In this document: positions 51,306 to 61,628 of the stretch, piece after piece
Layout of the letters: the number at the start of each line of letters is the position of its first letter
How positions within the stretch are numbered: the first letter of the stretch is position 1
Source: Tubulanus polymorphus
Lineage: Eukaryota > Animalia > Nemertea
Assembly (NCBI RefSeq): GCF_964204645.1
Contig: NC_134030.1
Span: forward strand, 5,994,778-6,058,777
Reading direction: 5' to 3'
DNA: 64,000 nt
The notes under the pieces: generated by a model
Databases searched by the model: none
What the model was told of the DNA's origin: nothing
Seen by the model: only the letters and a program-made list of their open reading frames with translations
Translations under genes and position numbers: made by a program

Positions 51306-54230
51306 TTACAAATTCATTAGATACAATTTAAGTTTTCTTTTGAAAGTATCTATACACGACAGTTGTTTTAAACTTTTTGGCAAATTATTCCAGACAACAG
51401 GACCAGAAATTTTTACTGTGAATTGTGTTTTGTTAGTCCGAAATCTGGCAACACGAAAAGAATTCATATTTCTGGTTGAATACGAGTGTATATCAACATT
51501 CTTTTTGAAATACCGATTAAAGGAATTTGGCAATTTTGAATTATTGAATTTGAACATAAATAGACTTAATTGAAATTTTGTAATATGTCTAAATTTTAGG
51601 ATATTCAATTTTTTGAAGATAGGGTCAGTGTGTTCTAGGAAATGAGACTTATTAACTATTCTTACTGCTCTTTTTTGTAGTAGAATTAGTGGATTTAGCT
51701 TGTTTGCATAATTACTTCCCCAGATTAAATTACAATATTGTAAATGAGGATAAACAAAACTATAATAAAGGGTAATAAGGATATTTGATGGGAAATGCTT
51801 TTTTAATCTGGTTAAAATTCCAATGGAGCGTGACACTTTACTGCAGACATATTTGATATGGACATCCCAATTTAATTTGTCATCTATAAAAAGACCAAGA
51901 AAATTCGTACTATGTACACGTTTGATTAATTCTCCATTTAACCAAATGGAAGAATTAAAGTGATCTACACGACCAAAAATCATAAAGTGGCATTTCGCAA
52001 TATTTATTGAAAGTTTGTTTACTTGATACCAGATGCCAAGTTTCGCCAGTTCAGAATTTACTATGGAAACCAATTCTTTGATATTAGAGTTACTATAAAA
52101 ACAATTCGTGTCATCGGCAAAGAGGATAAAATGGAGTAATTTGGACGCATTTATGCAATCGTTAACGTATAATAAAAATAACAAAGGGCCTAGAATAGAA
52201 CCCTGAGGTACACCAATTGATACATTTAATGGAGACGATAAGGTATTGTTGAAACTTAAAACTTGACTCCTGTCAGTCAGGTAGCTTTTAAACCAATCAT
52301 GAGGAACACCTCGGATTCCGTAATAATCAAGCTTCATTAACAAAATGTCATGGTTAACGGTGTCGAATGCCTTAGACAGGTCCAAGAATAATCCAATAGT
52401 AATATTCTTATTTTCCAAGGCTTCAGAAAGATTATCAACAACCTTGGTTAGTGCCAAATCTGTTGAATGTTTTGAACGAAAGCCAAACTGGTCGGGGGTT
52501 ACAATATCCTGTTTGTTACAAAAGGAAACCAATCTGTTGTAAACTAGTTTTTCCAGAATTTTTGAGAAGCTAGGAAGCAAAGATATGGGTCGATAATTAT
52601 TTAAAGAATTAGGGGCTCCGGATTTAAACAAAGGACAAACTTTCGCAATTTTGAGTTCATTGGGAACTATTCCAGTCTGAAGACTACGGTTAAAGATATG
52701 GGATAAAGGGAACTTAATGATGTCAATCACCTGTTTTATAACAAAAATACTCAAACCATCGACACCGGCACTCTTCTTTAAGGGGAAACCCGAGACCACA
52801 TCACTTATTTCATGAGGTGAAGTCGGAAAGAGAAATAGACTTTCATTGACACGTTTATTCATATATTGATGAAAGGATTGCCCTGTATCAGGGATTTGAG
52901 TAGCAAGCCTTTCACCAATATTTGCAAAAAAATTGTTAAACTCGTTGGCGATGTTTATATTACCAGAAATAACACGTTGATCAGAAGTAAAAGAATTAGG
53001 CATTTTAGAATAAATGTTTCTACCTAAAACTGTGTTCAACAGTTTCCACTTTTCTTTCATATCATTTCCAGCAGCGAGCAATTTTTCAGAATAATAATTA
53101 GATTCGGCTTTGTTAATAAGCTTTGAAATGAGATTTTTGTACGAGTTGTATTTTGATTTTATTTTTTCTGAACGTGTTCTAATAAATTTCCTATAAAGGT
53201 TGTTTTTTGTTTTAATTGCTGCGATAATACCAGGAGTTATCCATGGTTTATGGAATGTGGGATTAATATGATTAACTGGTACCAGAGGGAAAACTTGATT
53301 GAAAACTAAAGAAACTTTTTCAATGAAAGTAGTGTAAGCAACTGAGGGATTATCAGATGAATACACTTCATTCCAGTTAATATTCATAAGTAATCTGTTG
53401 AAATTAGAAATATTGCGCTGCGAGAAAATTCTAGTTTTAAAAGGTTGTCTGTCAGACAGAGGCTGATCACCACTGCAGATAGTAAATATTGGGTAATGAT
53501 CCGAAAGGTCGGTCATAAAAATCCCAGATTTGTGAACATGTCGCAAATCGTTACAAAAAATATTGTCAATTAAGGATGTCGAGTCACAAGTTACTCGAGT
53601 TGGCTTGTCAATCAAAGGTGAAAAAGAATGAGAAAATAAAGATTCGAGAAATATTTCAGTATCTTTGTGCGTATCATATTTCATGAGATCTATATTAAAG
53701 TCCCCCACCAGGTAGCAAAGTTTGTTCTCGCGAGTAATTTCTGCCGTTAAAACTTCAAATTCATCTTGAAAAGTTGGTAATTTTCCTCCTGGAGGTCTAT
53801 ATATTACTCCAATAATAATATTGGATTTTTTATCTAAAACAATTTCGATGAATAAAGATTCGAAAGTATGATTCCTAGTTGATAAGTCTGTCCGTACTTT
53901 GAAATTGAAATTTTCCTTTAGGAAGAGAGCTACGCCGCCACCAAGTTGACCATTGGCGCGGGATTTAAAAATACTCTTGTAACCGTTAATTCTATACAAA
54001 TTGGAGTTAGAATTATTTGAATTAGTCCAAGTCTCGGTCAAACCAATGACCGAAAATTGACCATTACAACAATTCAAAAAATCAGTTAAACTGTCAAAAT
54101 TTTTGTTGACACTTCTGATGTTATGAGAAATGATGGATAGACTTCCCCGTTCAAGAGGAGAATCCTCGTCAACATTAAAGTACAAACAACTGTTGTTTGT
54201 ACAAGGTATATCAGTTACTGAGCTTTTCAT
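51306..54230 (-). CDS. LINE ORF2 (APE endonuclease + reverse transcriptase), 974 aa, intact
   Basis: HNIRS, LTETW, GGGVA, IYRPP, GDFNID, IDNIF, SDHYPI; YRPISLL, QFGFR, DLSKAFD, GVPQGSILGP, FADDT, FLG, LQKRAVR. Confidence 0.95.
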   Translation of the reverse strand: MKSSVTDIPCTNNSCLYFNVDEDSPLERGSLSIISHNIRSVNKNFDSLTDFLNCCNGQFSVIGLTETWTNSNNSNSNLYRINGYKSIFKSRANGQLGGGVALFLKENFNFKVRTDLSTRNHTFESLFIEIVLDKKSNIIIGVIYRPPGGKLPTFQDEFEVLTAEITRENKLCYLVGDFNIDLMKYDTHKDTEIFLESLFSHSFSPLIDKPTRVTCDSTSLIDNIFCNDLRHVHKSGIFMTDLSDHYPIFTICSGDQPLSDRQPFKTRIFSQRNISNFNRLLMNINWNEVYSSDNPSVAYTTFIEKVSLVFNQVFPLVPVNHINPTFHKPWITPGIIAAIKTKNNLYRKFIRTRSEKIKSKYNSYKNLISKLINKAESNYYSEKLLAAGNDMKEKWKLLNTVLGRNIYSKMPNSFTSDQRVISGNINIANEFNNFFANIGERLATQIPDTGQSFHQYMNKRVNESLFLFPTSPHEISDVVSGFPLKKSAGVDGLSIFVIKQVIDIIKFPLSHIFNRSLQTGIVPNELKIAKVCPLFKSGAPNSLNNYRPISLLPSFSKILEKLVYNRLVSFCNKQDIVTPDQFGFRSKHSTDLALTKVVDNLSEALENKNITIGLFLDLSKAFDTVNHDILLMKLDYYGIRGVPHDWFKSYLTDRSQVLSFNNTLSSPLNVSIGVPQGSILGPLLFLLYVNDCINASKLLHFILFADDTNCFYSNSNIKELVSIVNSELAKLGIWYQVNKLSINIAKCHFMIFGRVDHFNSSIWLNGELIKRVHSTNFLGLFIDDKLNWDVHIKYVCSKVSRSIGILTRLKKHFPSNILITLYYSFVYPHLQYCNLIWGSNYANKLNPLILLQKRAVRIVNKSHFLEHTDPIFKKLNILKFRHITKFQLSLFMFKFNNSKLPNSFNRYFKKNVDIHSYSTRNMNSFRVARFRTNKTQFTVKISGPVVWNNLPKSLKQLSCIDTFKRKLKLYLMNL

Positions 54231-54255
54231 ACAAATAACAAGTCATGGTGTTTGA

Positions 54256-55575
54256 CTAATATTCAACGTATTGTTTTTTCCTGGTTTTTTCTATTGAAGG
54301 TGGTGTTCCGGATAGTGATCTCTCCTTTCGTTTTGCCGAGGTCGGTGTGCAGAAAGCATCACTAGTGACGCCATCTATTGCCTCGCAAAAGTGTTTAAGC
54401 AATGCAAGCTTGCCGGTTTCACTGAGGTGAATACCACTTTTATCGGTCGGCGAATAAAAGTGGTCCAAAGCTTTACCAGACGGTTTAAGTTTCAATATAG
54501 TGTCATTATCAATAAACATGATATTCTGTTCCGCGCATAGTTTCCCGATATGGTTGTTAACTGCTATTGCAAGGCTGTTGTACTCTTTTACGTTGTTGGA
54601 GTTACCTTTTCTTGGAATGATACTAGAGAAGTGAATCTGGGCTTCATTGAAATGTTCCGTCGTTTTAGCCATGGCTAAGGACAGATTCACCACTACAGTG
54701 TCACTGTCATTTTTGTTGTTACTTATATCGTTTGTACCTAAGTGGAGAATAACGTCAGTAATCGACGATCGATCTAGAATCTGATTGTCAGCTTTATTCA
54801 GAAGCGATGAAATCTTTTCACCGCTAGCACCAGGCTGGCAAATAACCGTGCCATTCGGAAACTCGAAGTCACGGAGGTTGGAATCACCGATTACTAATAC
54901 ATTATTTGTAATAGTATTGGACAGCGGTTCGCTTGACGTTTTCTCGCAATAGTCACGCGCTTCGTTGGATATCGTGTCGCTCAGAGTCACGGTACAATCA
55001 CGAGCTTTATGCTCTGCGGCGCCACATTTGAAACACTTAAATCGTGACGGACAGTCAGCTGAGCGATGATCGCCAAGGCAATGTTGACACCCTATACCCT
55101 CACAGTACACTCTAACGCGGAATCCATCGATTGATGTGAAGTTTGGAATAACTTTATTGACTTGTTTCAATTTCAAATATCTGGTCCCAGTATATATTTG
55201 AGTGTCCCTTATCACGCCTTTTTTTACCGATCCTTCAACATAATCACCATAATTTTTAATAAAGTTGACAATGGTCAGATCCGACATCTCATACGGAGCA
55301 TCGACTATTTTCACAGACAAAAAGGTTAAATCTACATCATCCGGAGTGATTTTATTCCCTCGAAAGATTAATCCGGATTGTTTCAGAAGATCTTTACTCG
55401 TTTCATCTACTGCAGTAATTATGCAAAATTTTGACGTTATTTGAATCGCTGCTATTTTACTCACGTCACCGTCGGCACTGTCCTTTATAGCGTTAATTAC
55501 ATCTTGATGAAGAATTTTTCCGTTTACCTCATTCAGAGGAAACTTGATAGAACACTTCCTATCCAATGAACCCAT
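54256..55575 (-). CDS. LINE ORF1, 439 aa: RRM-like region, two CCHC zinc knuckles, SGNH esterase-like domain
   Basis: TGTRY motif; CQHCLGDHRSADC and CFKCGAAEHKARDC; VIGDSN..QPGA..HLGTND..DKSGIHLSETG. Confidence 0.9.
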   Translation of the reverse strand: MGSLDRKCSIKFPLNEVNGKILHQDVINAIKDSADGDVSKIAAIQITSKFCIITAVDETSKDLLKQSGLIFRGNKITPDDVDLTFLSVKIVDAPYEMSDLTIVNFIKNYGDYVEGSVKKGVIRDTQIYTGTRYLKLKQVNKVIPNFTSIDGFRVRVYCEGIGCQHCLGDHRSADCPSRFKCFKCGAAEHKARDCTVTLSDTISNEARDYCEKTSSEPLSNTITNNVLVIGDSNLRDFEFPNGTVICQPGASGEKISSLLNKADNQILDRSSITDVILHLGTNDISNNKNDSDTVVVNLSLAMAKTTEHFNEAQIHFSSIIPRKGNSNNVKEYNSLAIAVNNHIGKLCAEQNIMFIDNDTILKLKPSGKALDHFYSPTDKSGIHLSETGKLALLKHFCEAIDGVTSDAFCTPTSAKRKERSLSGTPPSIEKTRKKQYVEY

Positions 55576-55675
55576 TACTCGTTATAAATCCACAGTGAAA
55601 ACACTTGATAAATAATTTTTGTCAGGACATATACGAATGCGTGATCGCACTAGTCCGCCATCTTGAAAGCGAAAA

Positions 55676-57539
55676 GGATACCGAATGAGTTCCTCAAAAG
55701 TGCCGAAGAATCACTACTACCTTTATTAGTAAACCTTTTTAATAATGCTCTCGATACAGGCACTATTCCAGAGTCATGGCTGAAAGGCATCATTGTCCCT
55801 TTCTTTAAACAAAAAGGTAGCGAAAAGGACCCCGATAATTATAGGGGAATCACCCTTTTTAGCAATATTGGCAAACTATTCACTAGTATTATCAACGAAA
55901 GAATTACTGAGTACTTAGAAATTAACAATCTTTTGCTACAGAACCAGGCCGGTTTTAGGGAGAACCATAGCATTATGGACCACGTATTTACCCTCAAGGC
56001 TCTAGTCGACACCTTCCTAAACAACAATCAAAAACTCTATTGTATTTTCATAGATTATAAAAAAGCCTTCGACTCTATCTGGAGAAAGGCCTTGTGGCAC
56101 AAACTAATTAACAGTGGTGTCACTGGCAAAGTACTTAACGTTATACATAAAATGTATCAAGGTATCAAATCATGTGCTTTTTCCGATAATAAAATGTCAG
56201 ATTTATTTGATAGCTATTTAGGGGTAAGACAAGGTGAAAATCTGTCTCCTATATTATTTTCTATCTTTTTAAACGACCTGGAAAGCTATCTATTACAACG
56301 AAATAGTCCAACCCTAAATTTTTTCGGACCTAACAATGTGCCATGGTTCCAACTTTTAATTCTCATGTATGCAGATGACACGGTTTTATTAAGTGATTCG
56401 CCCGAGGGACTCCAAAAACTTATAGATAATCTCTGTGAATATTGCCAAGAATGGAAACTTTCAATTAATAATGACAAGACAAAGGTCATCGTCTTCTCGA
56501 AAAGAAGATTAAGAATCCTACCAGAATTTTACATTAATGGTCACAAATTAGAAATAGTTGATAAATTCAAGTACCTGGGTGTTCTCTTTTCATACACTGG
56601 ATCGTTCACACAATGTCGTAAAACTCTTTCGGAACAAGCTATGAAAGCGGTATTTTTTGTATTAAAAAAGTCAAGTGAACATTCATTAGACCTTGATCTG
56701 ACCTTAAAACTTTATGATAGTATGGTATTACCTATATTGCTGTTTGGCTGTGAAATTTGGGGATATGAGAACACACAGGTACTCGAGCGTGTTCAGCTAC
56801 AATTTTTTAAATATTTACTCAGATTGAAAAGGTCTACGTCTAGTGTATTTATTTACGGTGAGCTTGGGCGCTATCCTTTAGAGATTTATGTTAAACTGAG
56901 AATCGTTAAATTTTGGACAAAATTGATAAATCAGACTGAACATTTCTCTTCTTTTATGTACAAATATATCTATCAAACGCACCACGGTGGTCGGAGTAAC
57001 GCTTGGATTCTTAATGTTAAAAATATTTTTGTAAAAAATGGTCTCGGCCACGCTTGGGAAACTCAATCTGTACCCAGTGCTAATTATATTTATAGTATTT
57101 TGAAACAGAGACTCATGGATCAGTACGCACAAGGCTGGCACTCCAAGGTCAACGAAACACCAATTTGCTTAACCTACAAGCGTTTTAAAAACTGTTTTAA
57201 ATTCGAAGAGTACCTGACCAAATTACCCCCCAAATTACTCCGCCTAGCCTTGTGTCGATTCAGATGCTCGAACCATAAGTTACCTATTGAAATCGGTAGA
57301 TATCGCCAGATTGAGCGAAACCATAGAATTTGTCAGAAATGTCATTTGGCAGCAACTGGAGACGAATTCCATTTTCTTTTAGTATGTCCCTTTTTCAAAG
57401 CCTGAGAAACAAATTTATACCTAGTTACTTCTGGCAACATCCCAATGAAAATACCTTACATAACCTTTTCTGTTCGAGAGGTAAAACTTTGCTCAATCTG
57501 GCGATATTCATTAAAAAAGGTATCAAATCATTTACCTAA
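55676..57539 (+). pseudogene. Outer LINE ORF2, RT and C-terminal half
   Basis: RT motifs including YADD; frameshift near 57400 before the natural end. Confidence 0.88.
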
Positions 57540-58821
57540 TATAGTGTATAATTATCGGATCTCGATACTACAATTCCGCCTCATCTTTTGCATTATAATT
57601 TCATTATAATTATAATTATTATTATTATAAGTATTATATTACTGCTATCACTATTATTATTATTTTTACTATTATCATAATTGTTATTATTATAAATATA
57701 ATTATTATTAATACTATCATTATATTTTTTGTAATATGCTGTAATCTATGCGCTACTTTTGTGCTCTGTGCAATGTTATTATAACTTGTGGAGTGAATAA
57801 ACTAAACTGAAACTGAGATACTCAATTCATTCCGATCAATCAAATGTGTCAAAATATTTCGTATTAAATGTAAATTGTGAAAATATAAGCTCTTTGGTGT
57901 CTATGGTGGACCATGGACGTATAAACTCTCGTTTATAGTTTGTACGGCCCTAGTTGGACAGTCTTTGAAATACAGTCCACGCGTTTGAGGAACATATATT
58001 ATAATTCTCGGTATAATTATAACATTCATTATAATTCATCGAGCACATACCTGGCATTTTGTACAATATTGTTGTACGAGAATAAAACGACATTAGTACA
58101 TATTCACGATTCTTGTTGATATTTTTCATTAGCCTATGTTTATGGCAACAATTCCACTGGTGATGCTTTTCAATCGAAAATAGAGGGCTCTCATAAGATT
58201 CATCACCACCAGGGAAGGACTGGACGTGTAAGCCATTAATCTGACAATTTTAAGCGGAAGAAATGAAATTCATTTAACTCGTCGAAGAAAGAGTCCGAGC
58301 CATGATTCAATATCTTCCGTACGTTCCCGTCAACACGCATTGTTTGATAAAGTGTATGATATTCTTATTGAAGTCAAATGAATGGATATGTGTTAAGCTC
58401 GTGGCAGAAATATAAAATTTTCGTACTAAAATCAATTTGACATATGCATGTTTTGTGTGAATATATTTGCGAAAAATTGCAGATGTAGTTGAGAACGAAC
58501 GAACGAATAGGACTACTAAATGTGAGCAGGTGTTTTTTGTCTAATGAAAACCGAGACTATTTTCAATAGATCAAATATACACTTACTCAATACTGAATAA
58601 ACTTTCAACATTTCTGGGCATTTCAATAGGTTTTAATTGACATAATCAATGATTTAGCGTTATATTCATTGAACGTATATCGATGAATGTTTTAGTTCTG
58701 ATCAACTCAACAACCAGTCAGGTAATCTTCCTGCCTATGATAAGTAATAGATCTGAATACATTTATAAAATTCATTTACGCCAGTCATCTATATTAATTT
58801 CAGCTGATTATTCAACTCAAG

Positions 58822-60205
58822 ATGAATATTGAAAACGTCTTGGCTTTACTTTTTGGTAGGTTTAAAATTTATGGGTTTGCATTGATGAATTATTAACTAA
58901 AAATAGATTAAGATATTTGAATGTCTCTGATTCCAGTTTTATTCGAGGGTGCTGCGGCGGGGTCAGTTCTTCTGCATGGTCCTCACGGTGCTTGGAACGA
59001 TTCTCCTAGCAACGTCACCTGTCCTTCCAATATGAAGGTTCACATTTGTACATGTGACGACGATTTTTGCTGCGACGGTACACACATATCCGCGGACGGA
59101 CAGACTTGTACGGCGTACAACGATCCTGAATGCCCGTCGACTAAGGTATGAGTATTTTGGATAGTACCGTGGCGTACTAACTAGGATTTAGAGGGGCCCA
59201 GTGGTCGGCCTCCCCGCGTTTGTTGCCAAGATATTGCACGGTAATTTTGTGTCAGAATCATCCTAGCTGCACAGAAAATATTGTTCGTGTACTATAATGG
59301 TCCCTATCCGTAATCAGAAAAAAAGTAAAGATTTTACCTCGAATTTCAGGCAGTAACTCGATGTGTAACAATCGATGCGGACAATGATTACCGTGTCGTT
59401 AGTAGTGGAGTGCGAATGCGTCAAAAAAAGATATCTGTTCAGTGTCCAGTTGGGTTAAGACCGGAGCAATGTACAAAGTACCTGCCGTATGTAGCATTTT
59501 CACAACATTCAACTGAATTTTTTCAACCCAGGCGCGGATCCAGACTATCGCACATGCAGCACGTGCGGTAGCCGCAGTTTTCAAATGCCCTTGAAAAATG
59601 TTTGTGTCGGGAAAAAAGTAAATAAAAGGGCACACGATTTGTGCGCCATAAAGAATAATTGCCTTTCTGTTCTAGGACTAAAGCAAAATGTGAATGAAAA
59701 TAAATTGCCCAAAATCAATCTTAGGCCTTTTCCTTTGCTCAAAAGGGCACTATTCTAAATGAGACATTATTGTTGCTCCATAAATCTAATCGAAAAAGGG
59801 CAAATTTCGCCAAACATCTAAAAAAAGACGCAAGCAAATTCAATGTGAAGGCAAATCTAGTGGAATGATACCAATAAATGGCACTCAAACTCAAACTCAC
59901 TCGCTGGGCATTAATACTGGCCCTTTTCAAAGTTGGTGCCCTTTTTCCACTGTGCTGTAGTCACCGAATGGCCCTGGATATGCGCGTGCAACCTAACACT
60001 TTATCTATTTATGTCTAATACAATTTGCTGCAGCATAGATTTATGTACTTTCAGATGGAGTTATTTGTATCCAGGCACGCTCTTAAGGTATAAGGCAGGT
60101 ATAAGGAAAACTTACGGTGGGTGTTTCATCGATTCTTATTTGTGTAGGAATACTGGTTGTGAGATACAAGCGGTATGTTTTAAACACGCCCCCAATCTTT
60201 GGTAA
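58822..60205 (+). CDS. Cys-rich secreted protein, array copy F (subfamily 1; recent duplicate of D)
   Basis: MNIENVLALLF|VLFEGAAAGSVLLHGPHGAWNDSPSNVTCPSN..; AVTRCVTIDADND..CTKYLP; WSYLYPG..GCEIQAVCFKHAPNLW*. Confidence 0.85.
59529..59988. mobile_element. Non-autonomous DNA transposon, CAG-type termini, 5-bp TSD (CAACC)
   Basis: caggcgcggatccag / ctggatatgcgcgtg; AAGGGCA repeats; empty site in paralogue D (~43981). Confidence 0.8.
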
Positions 60206-61516
60206 ATCGTATGTAATAACAAAACATGAATGAATGAAATCTCTTAAATTCGATTTTTTCTATTCTTTTTTATTGATTTATTATTTACGATGCAGCGGAT
60301 AGCGTCATGATATCATTCGTCAGATTTGGATTTGGATTCGTCAGGTTTTGATGAAATTATGAGTGGGGATCATTGTTCATTTTATATGAGGGTATATCTC
60401 GTCTGAGATATGCCAAGACATCAGACAGTGGATGTGAGGTAAAAACAAATCTTACCGCCCAAGAACAAAACTTAGCGCGCGAAATAAAAATATTCCACTT
60501 TGGCGCGCTAAAGGTGCCCACGATTTCGTTTTTGCGCGGTCGTTAAGTAGCGCGAAAAACATATATTCAAATAAATTACGCGCGCTTCTACGATTACGAT
60601 TACGATTACGATTACGATTACGATTTTATTTACACTCCAACCATTTCCATGGTATATGGAGGAAAACTATTACACATTTATATACAAATATTTACAAAAC
60701 AACACTGAAGTGATTAAAATTTAGAGAATAAAAACGTAACAAAATATACATACATCAACTAATTACAATACTATGTATACTATTGGAGGGATCTATATAC
60801 ATCTAAGCCGGTCTTAATGAATTTAGCTAATTCGACCGTTGGGTTTTTCAGAATATCAAGGGTATGAAAGGTATTCAAATTCAAATAGTTTTTGCGGGGT
60901 TCTATGATGTCACCAGTTAGTCAGGTAATCTTCCTCCATATGATAAGTAATAGATAGATGAATACATTTGTAATGAACGATTCATAATTTCAGCTGATTA
61001 TACAACTCAAGATGAATATTGTAAGCGTTTTGACTTAACTTTCTGGTAGATTTGAAATTACACACAAAAACACAAGTAAGAAGTTTTACCAACACTGCAC
61101 ACAACCCTGGTTCTACCTTTCTACCTATTACTGGCCAACTTCATCATGTTGATTATTTCGTTCGAACGAAGTAATCTTTTCGTTCGAACGAAATGATTTC
61201 GTTCGAAAGAAAATATCTTTTCTAAAACAGATTTAGCCCTCTTTTGTGTTTTCATCACAATTTCGGTTTAAAAAGGCCTGATCATGACATGGGACGCGCG
61301 ACCCCTCTGGTGTAAAATTTAAATGTTAGAATATAAATGAATGTTAACGGTACAAAGCCTAATCTATTTGAAAATAAATTTTTTGTCAATATTATCTGAA
61401 GTAAAGTGAGTGGGTGATATTGGAAGAATGTACATCTTATAGTTCGAACGAAAAACCTTGCGTTCGAAGGAAATAGTCTTTGGGTTCGAACGAAAAGATT
61501 TACCGCGGTAAATCTT

Positions 61517-61628
61517 AAGCAAGGTTTACCGCGGTAGCGGGGGATGTGTCATACACTCTGGTTTTTGTTTGAAGTATGGATGTGAGATACAAGCGGCATG
61601 TTATAGATACGCCCCCAGTCTTTGGTAA
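61517..61628 (+). pseudogene. Relic last-exon fragment of an E-type Cys-rich gene (5' exon relics at ~60915-61050)
   Basis: SKVYRGSGGCVIHSGFCLKYGCEIQAACYRYAPSLW* and 3'UTR nearly identical to 46700-47070. Confidence 0.8.

Larger units (their letters stand above)
51023..55675 (-). mobile_element. Full-length nested LINE (CR1/L2 group, Crack/Daphne-like), antisense to host, GGAT duplicated at the junctions
   Basis: Short 5'UTR with CAAGATGGCGG, intact ORF1 and ORF2, 3'UTR, AATAAA and (TTATTATTTAAT)-like tail; host reads GIDGI|PNEFLK across the insertion. Confidence 0.92.
47943..57815 (+). mobile_element. Outer non-LTR retrotransposon (APE-RT LINE, RTE-X-like by C-terminal motif), decayed and split by a nested LINE
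   Basis: ORF1 coiled-coil plus LENYGRRENLIF/GIPE..VHRL..IIARF (48548-49402, frameshifted); APE NVCGLK..LTETKL..GGIA..VYLPP..GDFNA..VDY..SDVH (49403-51022); RT NYRGITL..QAGFR..DYKKAFD..GVRQG..LSP..YADD and RFRCSNHKLPIEIGRY..C..C..GDEFHF..C (55676-57539); ATT-rich 3'UTR, aataaa plus (AAACT/G)n tail; empty site at ~41086. Confidence 0.9.

Noticed and set aside
55663-55675. Independent 580-aa RT gene starting MKAKR
   Set aside because: The first codons derive from the nested element's 5' end; the rest is the continuation of the interrupted outer ORF2
48870-57400. Programmed frameshifting in the outer LINE
   Set aside because: Shifts fall in homopolymer runs (T, A, T) and are better explained by decay or sequencing error
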